From a virus, in IMG/VR virus record IMGVR_UViG_3300010399_000006, positions 1 through 64,000 of that record: a DNA stretch of 64,000 nt. One strand, given 5' to 3'. The position numbers were made by a program, and so were the translations under genes. Under the pieces are notes generated by a model. It ran no database searches and was not told the DNA's origin. It saw only the letters and a program-made list of their open reading frames with translations. How positions within the stretch are numbered: the stretch's first letter is position 1; each line of letters opens with the position of its first letter. Shown in pieces: positions 27,776 to 38,421 of this stretch.

Positions 27776-29470
27776 CTATTGCAATGAGATCCAGATTGTG
27801 AATGAAACATGGATGTTGTTCGTACCGTTGGGCCAGTTGCCGAGGTTGGCGTAGAACACTCGTACGTACCCCGTGCCGACCGCTGTTTGAGCGAGACCGG
27901 TACCGTATGTGGTAAAGCCGTCCACTGAGTAGGTATAGGGAGTGGAAGCGATTACTGCTGCTAGACCGGATGCGGGGATAGCCACGCGGAGTTCACTGGG
28001 GGTAGTGGCAGTGGTCGTGGAGTCGAGTTTGACCATTAGGCACATCAGCTTGGGGCCGATGAGGAAGTAGCGGTAGGTGGTCTGGTCGGCCGATTGGACA
28101 GTCCAAGTGCCGGTGCCGGAAGTGAAGTTGCCGGATGCGTATGCTACGTCAGTGGGGGTGGTGACGAGAGCTGTTTCGGTGGCGAGGGTGCCACCACCAG
28201 CGGCGTTCTGATGATTGTGTGTGGAGTTAGTGAATGACGCAATGGTGGGGGTAACGATCGTCGGCGAGGTGCCGAACACCAGTGCACCAGATCCCGTCTC
28301 GTCAGTGACAGCGGCGGCGAGGTTGGCACTCGACGGAGTAGCTAGAAACGTCGCTACATTCGCGGCCAGTCCACTGACTCCAGTGCTGATCGGCAGTCCG
28401 GTGCAGTTGGTGAGAGTGCCTGATGTGGGGGTACCGAGGATTGGAGTAACTAGTGTTGGGGAGGTGGCGAAGACGTTAGCGCCAGAGCCGGTTTCGTCAG
28501 TCAGTGCGGCGGCGAGATTAGCACTGGAGGGCGTGGCGAGGAAGGTAGCTACGTTCGACGCTAGACCACTGACACCGGTACTGATGGGGAGACCAGTACA
28601 GTTAGTAAGTACTCCTGCGCTGGGGGTGCCGATGTTGGGGGTTACTAGGACTGGACTGGTATCTACGACGAATTTGGTACCGGTGCCTGTTTGAGAGGCA
28701 ATGGAGGTGGCATTACCTACAGAAGTAATTGGTCCCGTCAAGTTTGCGTTGGTGACCACTGTCGTTGCTAGGGTGGCCGTCGCTGCGTTGCCGGTCGTGT
28801 TAGCGGCGTTGTTCGGGATATCACCATATATTTGTTTGTCAACGATGCAGCGTCCACCGAGAGTGGACTGTTTGACAATCTGGTTGGCACCACCGGTAGT
28901 GGAGAGATCAGCAGCAGTTCCACCGCGAGCCAGGGCGAGCTGGCCGGTAGCTATTTTCGATGCGTCTAGGAACGGCACATCGGCGGCAGGTATCAGCCCA
29001 ACAGTAAATACCGCACCGACTCCAGCTTGCTTGACGTACTGACCAGCGCCGCCAGTGGCTGATAGGTCGGTGCCGGTGCCGCCGAACGCCAATCCGGTGA
29101 TGCCAGTTCCACTAGTGGGCGATAGACCAGTACGAGATCCTACCGGTATGGCGTTGTCGTACGCTCTGATTCTGATCTCGCACGGTGCTTGGGCGATCGA
29201 GCACCGCACCATCACCACTCCCTGTTGGGTGGAGGTGTTCGGCGTCCAGAGCTGGCGGTCGCACTCGTAGTAGTAGATGAAACCGCCCGACATGACCGTA
29301 CCGGCGATGCTGTTCGGGGTGATGCCAGTGGGCAGGGTATGGGGGACGCTAAACGCCGTACCGGCAGCAGCCGGAGAGTCGATCGCGGTGACCGACTCGT
29401 AGGCTAACTGGCCGAGCAGGCGTTGGAGTAGCGATTTGGCCTTCTCCCAATCGAAGAAGGTGACACGCAT
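27776..29470 (-). CDS. tail fibre protein with internal repeats
   Basis: Thr/Gly-rich; duplicated TGLPISTGVSGLA.NVATFLATPSSANLAAA.TDETGSGA block. Confidence 0.75.
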   Translation of the reverse strand: MRVTFFDWEKAKSLLQRLLGQLAYESVTAIDSPAAAGTAFSVPHTLPTGITPNSIAGTVMSGGFIYYYECDRQLWTPNTSTQQGVVMVRCSIAQAPCEIRIRAYDNAIPVGSRTGLSPTSGTGITGLAFGGTGTDLSATGGAGQYVKQAGVGAVFTVGLIPAADVPFLDASKIATGQLALARGGTAADLSTTGGANQIVKQSTLGGRCIVDKQIYGDIPNNAANTTGNAATATLATTVVTNANLTGPITSVGNATSIASQTGTGTKFVVDTSPVLVTPNIGTPSAGVLTNCTGLPISTGVSGLASNVATFLATPSSANLAAALTDETGSGANVFATSPTLVTPILGTPTSGTLTNCTGLPISTGVSGLAANVATFLATPSSANLAAAVTDETGSGALVFGTSPTIVTPTIASFTNSTHNHQNAAGGGTLATETALVTTPTDVAYASGNFTSGTGTWTVQSADQTTYRYFLIGPKLMCLMVKLDSTTTATTPSELRVAIPASGLAAVIASTPYTYSVDGFTTYGTGLAQTAVGTGYVRVFYANLGNWPNGTNNIHVSFTIWISLQ

Positions 29471-30007
29471 TTACTTAGCCTTCTTCTTAGCGGGCTTCTT
29501 CTTCTTAGGAGTAGATACCGGAACAGGTTCCTCTTCGGCTTCCTCAACTTCCTCTTCCGGCTCTTCGACTTCTTCGACTTCTTCGACCGGTTCTGGCTCT
29601 GACTCTGGCTCTGGCTCTGACTCGGGTTCCACTTCCATCTCGACTGGCAGATCGGCCTTCGTGACAGGTACCACTCGTCCTGTCTCAGGTTCCGGTTCAG
29701 GTTCTGGCTGGAGATCGGGAATCGGATCTGGTTCTACTGCTGGTCCTACGTCGATCACCGGATTGGAAGTGTCGTTGGTGGGCATGACGCTAGTAGGTAC
29801 CGGTGCGGCGGTGGGGTGTTTCTTGAACGCGTTCCGAGCGGCGTTCGACTGATCTGCTGTCAGGTGGTCGCACGGCTTACCGAATGCCAGATCGCACGCC
29901 AGCGGGTGGAACTCCACACCGGCCGTGGCGCAGTACTGTTCCACTGCTTTGGCGGTGGCGCCGCCTTCGACCATCGCTTCGATCACACGCATCGTCTTCC
30001 TGTTCAT
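29471..30007 (-). CDS. hypothetical protein with EP-rich acidic tail
   Basis: RBS GAGGAGG; (EP)n and lysine-rich end. Confidence 0.6.
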   Translation of the reverse strand: MNRKTMRVIEAMVEGGATAKAVEQYCATAGVEFHPLACDLAFGKPCDHLTADQSNAARNAFKKHPTAAPVPTSVMPTNDTSNPVIDVGPAVEPDPIPDLQPEPEPEPETGRVVPVTKADLPVEMEVEPESEPEPESEPEPVEEVEEVEEPEEEVEEAEEEPVPVSTPKKKKPAKKKAK

Positions 30008-30017
30008 CACGTCCTCC

Positions 30018-32150
30018 TCATAGATTGCTGGACACTGCTGTTGGGTTGGACCTCTGAATACGCTCACCGAGGATTTGTACGGTAGCACTGGCACCGGAGA
30101 AGTTGAAGTACTCCGGTCCAGCCTTACCGGTGTGCTTGATAGCGATAGTCATGCGTTCGTCTGATTGCCACAGGTCAACGGTCATCGGTTGGTAATCCCC
30201 CGACGCCAGCGGAGCAATCTCGATAGTATTCTCCGCATCCCACGTCGTGCCACCATCGAACGACACGCGATAAGTAGTCGTAGAGTCTGTTTGGTCTCCG
30301 GTGATCTTGTGGTCAATATCGATGGTCTCCACGAGGAAGGTTTGTTTGGGGTCTTTGGTGATCAGTGGCCGCACCCAGTACTCGGCGGTTACTTCACGTT
30401 CGGTACCAGTGATGTTGTCGAGAGTCTGACCGGTGCGGAGTTTGATGATGTCTTTGGTGTCCTTCAGCGCAGCCCACATCTCCCGCCGAGTCTCGCCTTG
30501 CGGCTTCATGTACATCAGGTCGTTGATCTCCAGATCAGCGCCATCCACTCCGGTGATGGTGATCGGTCCAGTCCACGTCTGCGTGATCAGACTATAGACA
30601 TACAGTTTCCCCGGCTGTAGGTATACCCATACTTCTTCGTCGTCAACGTTGATCCGTAACAGTGGGTAAAGACCACCGGAGTTGGCTACCTGGAGTGGTG
30701 CCGTAGCTGCCAGTGTGGTGGAGTTGAACAAGGTCTCGCGCATACCGGGACCGGCCAGCGGGGTGGGATTGCCGTCGCCGCTCCATTCGTAGACTTCGTT
30801 CTCTCCGACAAAGTACAGCCGGTTGCGGAAGTGGTCGATTGCCGTGGTAGATATGCAGCCGACGTTCTCCAACAGTCTCAGGAAGACAATTGGTAGATCG
30901 GCGTTGTCCTGCTGGCCGAACACCCATATCCCGTTCGACTTGAACGCACACAACATTCCGTTGATGGATCTGACAGTTGTAAGCGGTCCTTCGATCTCCC
31001 GGCAGTCGTAGTAGGCGTTTGGTCTCCAGTTCGATGGGCTATCGACTTCGCACCACATCAACCGGGACATATTCATGACCTGATCGCCGAGCGGTTCGGC
31101 CGAGTTGCAGTAGGACTTGGTGAATACGAACCGCTCTTGGTAGAACGCTAGTCCCTTGCCGACACCCGTTTTGTCGCCTACGTCCACTGAGCCGGTGACG
31201 GCAGCTACGCTGGCGTTGCCCGGCTTGTACTTGATGTAGGCGGTCACTCCGGCTGGCAGGAGGAACGACTTGACGAACGTCTGCCACTCCGGGTTGATCG
31301 ACGACGACGCCACCAGTATGTCCATCGATCCCCACACCGTAGTCCCAGCGGCGTCTTCCACGGTCACGGTGAACGGCATGCTGGTAGTTGCACTTCGGGC
31401 CTTGAACTGTGGGCGAACGGTGACCCAATTGGGCTCGGTGGTGGTAAGTACGCTACCGAACGTCTTAGCGGAATCACCAGCGGCGGCGATGGTCAGAGTT
31501 CGGACATTACCCGTTACGGCGACGGTGCAGCCGGTGAGGGTCCACTTGGCAGCATTCTCAAACTGAGTGGCAACGTCTGTACCGTTCAGCAGATTGTTGA
31601 ACCCACGAGCCTCAGCTATACCGGCTAGGAAGAGGCGGTGGTTGTAGCTAGTGATCGAGTTACCACTGAATCCGGACAGGACTCCAGCGCTGATCGTACC
31701 GAAGGCATTGGTATCGACCGTGGTGCCGTCGTACGACACCCCAGTGTCGTATAGGTTGGGGTGCTGGAGCATATACACCTTACCCAGAAATCCCACACTG
31801 TCAACCGCGTAGAAGTTGAGAGATCCTATATCAGAGTACGTACCGTCCGTAGCTCTCAAAGACATATATCCGCCAGTCGTGTTGGACGACGGAGAGGCAA
31901 TGAGCTTGTCAGTACCGGAAAGAACGTCAGCAGCCGTGTAGTGGATCAGTCGTCCGGTCTGCGCGGATGGTTGGTCCGAGTCTCGCATCCAACCAGATCG
32001 CATCTCAACGCGCGGTCCCGATCGAATAAAGACATTCTTAGCCATCGGCGTGGCTCCCGGTGGGATCTTCGCCAGATCACCTGCCGTGAACAGACCCGCA
32101 CCAATCGAAATTGGTAGCGCCTGACGGTTGGACTTGTATTTAGCTGCCAT
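30018..32150 (-). CDS. tail nozzle/tubular B-like (P22 gp10-like) protein
   Basis: 710 aa, beta-rich; NVGCIS and YRVSFDGGTTW patterns; position after adaptor. Confidence 0.65.
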   Translation of the reverse strand: MAAKYKSNRQALPISIGAGLFTAGDLAKIPPGATPMAKNVFIRSGPRVEMRSGWMRDSDQPSAQTGRLIHYTAADVLSGTDKLIASPSSNTTGGYMSLRATDGTYSDIGSLNFYAVDSVGFLGKVYMLQHPNLYDTGVSYDGTTVDTNAFGTISAGVLSGFSGNSITSYNHRLFLAGIAEARGFNNLLNGTDVATQFENAAKWTLTGCTVAVTGNVRTLTIAAAGDSAKTFGSVLTTTEPNWVTVRPQFKARSATTSMPFTVTVEDAAGTTVWGSMDILVASSSINPEWQTFVKSFLLPAGVTAYIKYKPGNASVAAVTGSVDVGDKTGVGKGLAFYQERFVFTKSYCNSAEPLGDQVMNMSRLMWCEVDSPSNWRPNAYYDCREIEGPLTTVRSINGMLCAFKSNGIWVFGQQDNADLPIVFLRLLENVGCISTTAIDHFRNRLYFVGENEVYEWSGDGNPTPLAGPGMRETLFNSTTLAATAPLQVANSGGLYPLLRINVDDEEVWVYLQPGKLYVYSLITQTWTGPITITGVDGADLEINDLMYMKPQGETRREMWAALKDTKDIIKLRTGQTLDNITGTEREVTAEYWVRPLITKDPKQTFLVETIDIDHKITGDQTDSTTTYRVSFDGGTTWDAENTIEIAPLASGDYQPMTVDLWQSDERMTIAIKHTGKAGPEYFNFSGASATVQILGERIQRSNPTAVSSNL

Positions 32151-32211
32151 AATTACGGGAATCTACCGTACGATGGTTTCACACTTCACTTCGCAAAACA
32201 GGAGACTGCAA

Positions 32212-32544
32212 ATGAAGAGAATTTCTCTGACTATGGTCGTACTCTTTGCCCTGGCTACCAGTGCCGTACCTGACTGCTTCCAGATCTGCTACCAGGAAGG
32301 CTATTGCGTGTGGATCTGCGACGGCCGGGACTACAACCAGGAACTCACCGAAGTCCCTAACTGGTGCGTGTATGACTCCGGCGATCGGGTGTTCGTTCAT
32401 TCGTCTGGGCCGTTCCAACCGGACAAGTGGTACGTGGTGCATTACGACGATCCAGACCAGAACGCTAAGGCGTATCAGTACTCTCTCAACGGATGGTCCG
32501 TAGACTGGTACGTTGGCGGGTGCTACATCTTCAACTTGTCGTAG
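32212..32544 (+). CDS. secreted Cys-rich protein, antisense moron
   Basis: RBS AGGAG; signal peptide MKRISLTMVVLFALATSA; 6 Cys. Confidence 0.7.
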   Translation: MKRISLTMVVLFALATSAVPDCFQICYQEGYCVWICDGRDYNQELTEVPNWCVYDSGDRVFVHSSGPFQPDKWYVVHYDDPDQNAKAYQYSLNGWSVDWYVGGCYIFNLS

Positions 32545-32560
32545 ACCACTGACATCAGAG

Positions 32561-33283
32561 CTAGTTACCACCGTACACCCCAACTCTATCAATAAGTCCT
32601 TCCACATCTATGTGCTGCGACTGCGCCGCATCTTCCACAGCACCGATGTTGAGGGACAGATCCAACTTAACCTTTACCTCAGCGTCCCACGCCGCCATCT
32701 TGTCCAACCACCCCTTGGATCTAGCACCGATCGCCGCTGCTAGGAGCACGGCGGTGTCGTGCCACAAATCAGACATCACTGGAGCGTCGTCATCGGCACT
32801 CATCGACGGCTCTCGCTGGATACCGTGGTAGAGCAGTAGAGTTCGGTAATCAGTTGGAGTTACTGATGGCGTTGGGTAGTAGTAGATACTGTGGCCGCGC
32901 ATCGTCCATAGCGTGGGAAAGCCTTTGCGAGTTGCTGGTTTGGCGACGGTATCGAACTTCTCCGGACGGAAGTAGCTCATCGGTTGAGCGCGGTCGAAGT
33001 TGTGATTGGGGGACTGTTTGTTGTACGTACCTACCGATGTAATTAGCAGCTTGTCGCCGGGCATCGCTTGGTTGTTGATGCCGTCGATGGTCAACTCAGA
33101 ATCCCATGAGCATCGGAGTTCGGGGAAGAGGTCGATGCCGCGCTCCAATCCCTTGATGCCCATCAGTACCACGTCGTTGAGCCCACGGTTGACCCACGAC
33201 TGGACATCGGCATAGAACGGATCAGAGGTACGCATGTTGACTAGCATGCGCATCACTTCTGATTTCATTTCGAGGTTGTTCAT
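32561..33283 (-). CDS. head-tail adaptor (tubular A-like)
   Basis: WVN.GL, G.PT.W, IYYYPTP pattern; size and position. Confidence 0.65.
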   Translation of the reverse strand: MNNLEMKSEVMRMLVNMRTSDPFYADVQSWVNRGLNDVVLMGIKGLERGIDLFPELRCSWDSELTIDGINNQAMPGDKLLITSVGTYNKQSPNHNFDRAQPMSYFRPEKFDTVAKPATRKGFPTLWTMRGHSIYYYPTPSVTPTDYRTLLLYHGIQREPSMSADDDAPVMSDLWHDTAVLLAAAIGARSKGWLDKMAAWDAEVKVKLDLSLNIGAVEDAAQSQHIDVEGLIDRVGVYGGN

Positions 33284-33340
33284 CTTGTTTTAGTTTTCGT
33301 ACGGAAGTTGAAACTAGTTAGTGTTCGAGCTGGTCTTGTT

Positions 33341-35185
33341 TTAGTTAACGCTGACTCCGGGGGTCTTGACGTTCACCACTTCGATCAGCGCTACGGCATC
33401 GTGATTTGTGCTGGCCCCGGCTGAGCGGACGATCTTGCAGTCGATAGTGAATGTGTTGACCGCCGTGATACCACCACTGACTGCTGATGCTGTGAGTTGA
33501 ACGTCGCAATTGGCAGTAGCACCAGCGGTAGCAGAGGCGACGGCTTCGGATGAAGCAACCATTTTGGCGTTAGCTCCGGCGATGCGGCTAACAGCGAAAC
33601 TGTACGTAGCAGATTGAGTGGAATCCTGATCTCCGAGAGCACCGATGAGTCGAATGAAGATACCAGCGGCGTGGTTGGCATTGGGGACGGTGACTGTAAC
33701 GAGGGTGGTAGTGGTGTTGTCGGCGACGTTGAACAGGAACCTGTTCATTCGTTGGCTGCTATACGAACCGATTGTGGTTGACCACGTTTCACTGGTACTT
33801 ACCGGCATGTTGCCACTGGAGGTCCAACGCGTACCCCGCTGGTCGGTCTGGATCAGGCTGTTCCAGTTGACCGTGGAGGATGGATTGAGCCAACAGTTGC
33901 GAACAGTGAGATCTATGCATCCATCGGCGTTTATAGCTTCAGAGGTACCAGTGTAGATACAGCTCTCAACCAGGGCACGGTCGAGACCACGAAGGTAGAA
34001 GCCCTTATTGGTGGTGAGTAGTCCTCCGGTAACCTTTTTAATGGTGACACCGCGTTGGACGGATGCGTCGCGAGCGATGTAGACATGGTAGCCAGCGGCA
34101 GTGGCACCCTCCCACCGGATGCCGGATATGTCTACCCCGTCACCGGTAACCGAGGAGGCGCCAACACCGGTGTCGTTCCAGTAGAAACCAGCGGTGCCGC
34201 CGACGAAGGCGTTCCGGCCATCCATCGTGAAATTGGTGACGTTGACACCCTTGACGATTTGGAACGCGGGGTTGCCGGTGGGGAGAAGGTCCAAGTCGTG
34301 GAAGTGGGCGTGATCGTTGTCGATCGTCAGGTTCGGGTCGTCGTTGCAGATGATCGGGATATTGGCGGCGATCAGCGAGGTACCGCAATCGAGCAGTTCT
34401 CGCCCACGGTAGTCAATACCGATGGACGCACTGGTAGCGTCGTAACAGCCGTTGATATGGCAACGGGTGAATGAGAACGTCGATGAATCGACGATCTTCA
34501 CCATCGTTTTTACGTACGTAGTGTCGGCGGAACGGAACTCCAAGTCGCGGATAGCGCAGTAGTTGATGGAGATCGCGGTGGACATCTGGAACGTCAGGAA
34601 CGTCTTGTTGGTGGCGGTGGGTTCGAAGCGGAGTTTCGACGCGGAGCGGCCATCGCCCAGGAAGGTCATGCCGTGGAAAGCGACGACGGATTCTCCGGTG
34701 AACTTGTATACACCGGCCGGGAAGTAGATCACCGCTCCGGTGGTGGGTAGACCTGGAGTTTTGGCGTTGTAGACGGCGAGGATAGCGTTGAGCGCGGCGG
34801 TATTGTCAGTGGAGTTGTCGCCGATCAAACCGTGGGCGAGGACGTTGACGAAAGTGGGTTGCAGATCGGAGGATTGGATTCTCCAGTATGTCTGGTCCCA
34901 CAGGAGGGTGATGACGCCGTTCTCCGGTACGTCCGGTGGGAGTGGGCCGACGATGTTGCCACCAGAGCCGAAGAGCCACGTCGAGCCTGATTTCTTGATC
35001 AGATATGAGACGTTGGAGTTGTGGGCGTAGCCGCCGTTGATGGTCGTGATGGTCGCTGAGCCGGAGACGACGTGTACAGCGTCGGTAAGAGTGATAGAGG
35101 TGGCGGCAGTGAGTTCTGCACCCAGTCCACCGGAGAAGACGTAACCAGCGGGGGCATATGCACTGTTGTTGTTGTTGGTCGGCAT
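33341..35185 (-). CDS. tailspike with pectate-lyase-like beta-helix (depolymerase)
   Basis: VNVLAHGLIGDNSTDNTAAL...IYFPAGVY...FLGDG. Confidence 0.8.
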   Translation of the reverse strand: MPTNNNNSAYAPAGYVFSGGLGAELTAATSITLTDAVHVVSGSATITTINGGYAHNSNVSYLIKKSGSTWLFGSGGNIVGPLPPDVPENGVITLLWDQTYWRIQSSDLQPTFVNVLAHGLIGDNSTDNTAALNAILAVYNAKTPGLPTTGAVIYFPAGVYKFTGESVVAFHGMTFLGDGRSASKLRFEPTATNKTFLTFQMSTAISINYCAIRDLEFRSADTTYVKTMVKIVDSSTFSFTRCHINGCYDATSASIGIDYRGRELLDCGTSLIAANIPIICNDDPNLTIDNDHAHFHDLDLLPTGNPAFQIVKGVNVTNFTMDGRNAFVGGTAGFYWNDTGVGASSVTGDGVDISGIRWEGATAAGYHVYIARDASVQRGVTIKKVTGGLLTTNKGFYLRGLDRALVESCIYTGTSEAINADGCIDLTVRNCWLNPSSTVNWNSLIQTDQRGTRWTSSGNMPVSTSETWSTTIGSYSSQRMNRFLFNVADNTTTTLVTVTVPNANHAAGIFIRLIGALGDQDSTQSATYSFAVSRIAGANAKMVASSEAVASATAGATANCDVQLTASAVSGGITAVNTFTIDCKIVRSAGASTNHDAVALIEVVNVKTPGVSVN

Positions 35186-35220
35186 CTTCCGCTTTCTGTT
35201 TGACGGTTACAGTTCGCTGA

Positions 35221-35835
35221 TTACGGTAGAGTTAGCGTTTCGATGTGAATCGATCCGGTGCTGCCAGTGGTCTGATCCAAGTTGGCAACGGTGGCGATCA
35301 GATGTGCTTTGACGGCCGTGGTCGCTGTGTACGACGGTAGATCGTACCCAGTCAGATTGGCCCCCAGGTCACCTACAACCGCTCCATAGATGGTATTCAC
35401 TGCTGCCTTGATGGAGACGGCAATGATGTAGTCGATGTAGAGGGCAGAGGTGCGACCGATTGCCATGGTAAGGGTAGTCGGCCCAGCAGCCTGTCCGGTA
35501 ATTACCGACCACACCCGTTTGACTACCGTCTTAGCTGGCAGGGTACAGATCGTGATATCGCCGGTCAGATTGGCGCCCAATGCCACAACCATGGCGTTGG
35601 TCCAATCGAATCTGTGAACGACGGACTGTGCCAGTGAATTGGCGGAGTACGTCATGGTCCCAGGCGTAAGGGCTCCGGTAGACAGAGATAGGGATGTAGC
35701 TGAAGCCACTCCTAGAGTTGGAGTGGTCATCGTCGGACTGGTGATGGTTGGAGTGGTAATCGTCGGCGACGTGGCACGGACAAGACTGTCCGTACCGGTG
35801 GTGGAGCCGACGATGCCGTGTGAGAGGTCGCTCAT
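35221..35835 (-). CDS. minor virion protein
   Basis: Thr-rich SPTITTP repeats shared with the fibre; late operon. Confidence 0.55.
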   Translation of the reverse strand: MSDLSHGIVGSTTGTDSLVRATSPTITTPTITSPTMTTPTLGVASATSLSLSTGALTPGTMTYSANSLAQSVVHRFDWTNAMVVALGANLTGDITICTLPAKTVVKRVWSVITGQAAGPTTLTMAIGRTSALYIDYIIAVSIKAAVNTIYGAVVGDLGANLTGYDLPSYTATTAVKAHLIATVANLDQTTGSTGSIHIETLTLP

Positions 35836-35845
35836 GGTGGGTGAC

Positions 35846-36163
35846 CTACACTGTTACTGGCGAGATGGCGATCTTCGCGCCGGAGGTATCACTGTCCCAC
35901 CACACGTTGGGCAGGTAGACAGAATTACCTTCTGGATTACCGGCGATCGTGAATGAGCGGTCAGTGGAGTTGAGCGTTACGTCGTAGACGGTGGAGGAGA
36001 CGGAGTTGGCCTTGCCGAGCGGCTTGGGCAGGCCGATGTAGATGTTGGTGCCGCTGATCCACTCGATGGTGCAGCGCTGGCAGGCGAACTCGGTTGGGAG
36101 GTTGGTCAGCGGAGTGACGAACGCCTGCCGGGTACCAGCAGCAGTGAGGGTTAGGACTGGCAT
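35846..36163 (-). CDS. small virion protein
   Basis: RBS GGAGG; late operon. Confidence 0.55.
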   Translation of the reverse strand: MPVLTLTAAGTRQAFVTPLTNLPTEFACQRCTIEWISGTNIYIGLPKPLGKANSVSSTVYDVTLNSTDRSFTIAGNPEGNSVYLPNVWWDSDTSGAKIAISPVTV

Positions 36164-36184
36164 CGTATGGCCTCCAGTATCGAG

Positions 36185-36760
36185 TTAGGTGACGCGAAAG
36201 GCGTCTGGGAAGCGGGCACCGTTGAAGTAGAAGATGTAGTTGCCAGTTGGAACTAGACCGGACGCCGCAACAGTGAGAGTCCATGAGAGCTGATCGGTGG
36301 AGATCGTACCGGCGCTGAACGTGATACCGGAATGGGAACTGGTGACTACGTCAGAGGTGGAGAATCCGACACCGGTTAGAGCGAGAGACACTGATGGGCC
36401 TCCGGAGACTAGTTGGATCTGTACTGGGTAGATGGTCGAACCGGACGCTAGTTTGGTACATACCGATACGCCATCCATCAAGCTGTAGAGATTGCCCCTG
36501 CCGAGGCGTTCGGTGTTGCGTTCTATGTTGTCGGTAGTGAGTCGGGTGGCTTCCAGTTGAGCTTCTGCTGCGAGGCGTTCGCGTTCACTAAGCGGCGTGT
36601 CGTGTGCGCAGTTCGGCTTGCAGACTTTGTGGCCGTCTTCGATGACCAGTAGGTCGAACGGGTACCGCCCTTCGCAGGACTCGCAGCGAAAGTCAAGTAG
36701 TTGACCATCTGCTAGACGGTCATCGTCGAAGACGTTCGGCGAGATGGATGGGTGGCTCAT
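36185..36760 (-). CDS. Zn-finger plus Ig-like virion-associated protein
   Basis: CESC...VCKPNC; C-terminal beta-sandwich-like pattern. Confidence 0.5.
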   Translation of the reverse strand: MSHPSISPNVFDDDRLADGQLLDFRCESCEGRYPFDLLVIEDGHKVCKPNCAHDTPLSERERLAAEAQLEATRLTTDNIERNTERLGRGNLYSLMDGVSVCTKLASGSTIYPVQIQLVSGGPSVSLALTGVGFSTSDVVTSSHSGITFSAGTISTDQLSWTLTVAASGLVPTGNYIFYFNGARFPDAFRVT

Positions 36761-36819
36761 TTGATTGTTTAAACGCCGTTATCGTGATTGGTCAACTAGT
36801 AGACTAATTCAGAACCTAA

Positions 36820-36851
36820 TGGGGTAGGGACTCTGCGCCATCCCCACCCCA
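36820..36851 (-). terminator. hairpin downstream of the major capsid gene
   Basis: Minus strand TGGGGTGGGGA/TCCCTACCCCA stem; weak U tract. Confidence 0.55.
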
Positions 36852-36879
36852 CGCTAAGTACTCCCCCAGCACACCCGAA

Positions 36880-37869
36880 CTACACTCCGGCGCAGCGGAC
36901 GATGTGACGGAACGACAGGAAGTCGATGCCGTGGATGGTGGTGCATTTGAAGATCACCCCACCGGTCGCGATGTCTTTCTCCTTCTGGAACGTCGGAGGG
37001 AGGAATTCGAACTGGTACAGCGGGTGATTCTTGCGGTCCATGATCATCCACGACGTGTCGGTGTCGGCGAGGTAGTCGTTGATGAGGTACGAGTAGCGGC
37101 GCTTCTCAGCGTCCTTCGGGCCAGATGCCACCAGCGGGTTGATGTTGTTGTTGAACGTGTCAACCTGCTTGTCGGTGCCGAAGATCTCCGCCAGTCTCCA
37201 CTCCCACCACTTACCAGCGACAACGAGGATGTCGTTGGCGGGCGGCTGAGGGCGTCCCTCGTCGTTCTTCATGTTGCGCAGCATCGTCACGCCCTCTTGG
37301 ATGGCAAGTTGGCTGATGGGCTGCGAACCCTGAATGTTGGAAATGGTCACGACGGGGGTTTTGATCGACGTGTGTGATGCTGAGAAGAGAGCCAGTCCGT
37401 CGCGACCGGTGCCATTCCACGGGCCGTTCTGCGCGGTGGACGTACCAGCGGTCTGCGGCAGGGTGCAGATGACTTCTTTGGTCCACTGCCACGTGTCCTT
37501 GAACTCCTGGTTGATGTCCTCGAACATCTTCACCTTGTCCTCGTACACGCGCTTGTTCCGCGCCATGTACCAGAGGAGTTCTTCGCCGACGATCACGCCG
37601 TTGGTGAACTTGTACCAACTGGACGTACGGTCCTGGCCGGGCTCGAAAGCGTCCTTTTTGAACTGGCCGAACTCCGGAGTCTGCTGGAAGGGGCCGAGTC
37701 CAACAGTGGTCGTAGAGCGGTAGTCCTGACCGCGACTCGTATCACCGTCGTGGGTGAACTTGCCGCAAATGTCAGGGAGCAGTGTTTTGGTGTCGCGGAA
37801 GTTGAGATCCTGAACTCGCGACAACAGGTTTGCGAACTGAGCGAGTTGGTTAGGTGCGCTGACTGCCAT
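36880..37869 (-). CDS. major capsid protein (HK97 fold, Mu gpT-like)
   Basis: 329 aa; GRDGLALFSASH; LRNMKNDEG; NNNINPL; strong RBS and codon bias. Confidence 0.85.
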   Translation of the reverse strand: MAVSAPNQLAQFANLLSRVQDLNFRDTKTLLPDICGKFTHDGDTSRGQDYRSTTTVGLGPFQQTPEFGQFKKDAFEPGQDRTSSWYKFTNGVIVGEELLWYMARNKRVYEDKVKMFEDINQEFKDTWQWTKEVICTLPQTAGTSTAQNGPWNGTGRDGLALFSASHTSIKTPVVTISNIQGSQPISQLAIQEGVTMLRNMKNDEGRPQPPANDILVVAGKWWEWRLAEIFGTDKQVDTFNNNINPLVASGPKDAEKRRYSYLINDYLADTDTSWMIMDRKNHPLYQFEFLPPTFQKEKDIATGGVIFKCTTIHGIDFLSFRHIVRCAGV

Positions 37870-37881
37870 GTCGTCCTCCTC

Positions 37882-38337
37882 TTAGAAGCCTTCGACGTTC
37901 GCAGAATCGAACGTGAAGAGCACTCGCGGGTTGGTGTCAGAAAGGGTGGACCCCGGAGCGAGGGCGACGACCTGTGCGGTGTCTTCGGTCTGCGCCGTGT
38001 CGAGATACCAGAACTTGGTGGTGGAGTCGCGAGTGAAGCCGACGTTCGCGTAGAAGTCAGTCTGCGCGATGGTGCCAATCCACGTAGCTTCGTAGAGTCG
38101 TCCCGGCTTGATGGGCCAGTACTCTACGGGCGCGCTGGTAGTACCACTGGCGGCTTTCTTTGCGATGCCTCGGAGTGCGGTGGGATCGGCGGATGCCTCG
38201 GCGAGCTTGCCGGAGGCGTTGACCAGAAGCGCTCCCTCAACCCACGCTTCGGTAGCGTCTTCGACACCCATCTGGGTGCCTTCGCGGATCAGTTCGAGAT
38301 CCCAGAGTGCGATAGGACCGATGTTGAATGTAGTCAT
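37882..38337 (-). CDS. capsid cement/decoration protein
   Basis: 151 aa beta-rich gene directly before the major capsid gene. Confidence 0.6.
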   Translation of the reverse strand: MTTFNIGPIALWDLELIREGTQMGVEDATEAWVEGALLVNASGKLAEASADPTALRGIAKKAASGTTSAPVEYWPIKPGRLYEATWIGTIAQTDFYANVGFTRDSTTKFWYLDTAQTEDTAQVVALAPGSTLSDTNPRVLFTFDSANVEGF

Positions 38338-38421
38338 GATGTCGTTTCACCATTTCGGTCCTCCAGTGGTTGTTAGTGGTTGAGCCGCTTTCCACGACGG
38401 CATTGGGTCAGTAGTTAGTGG

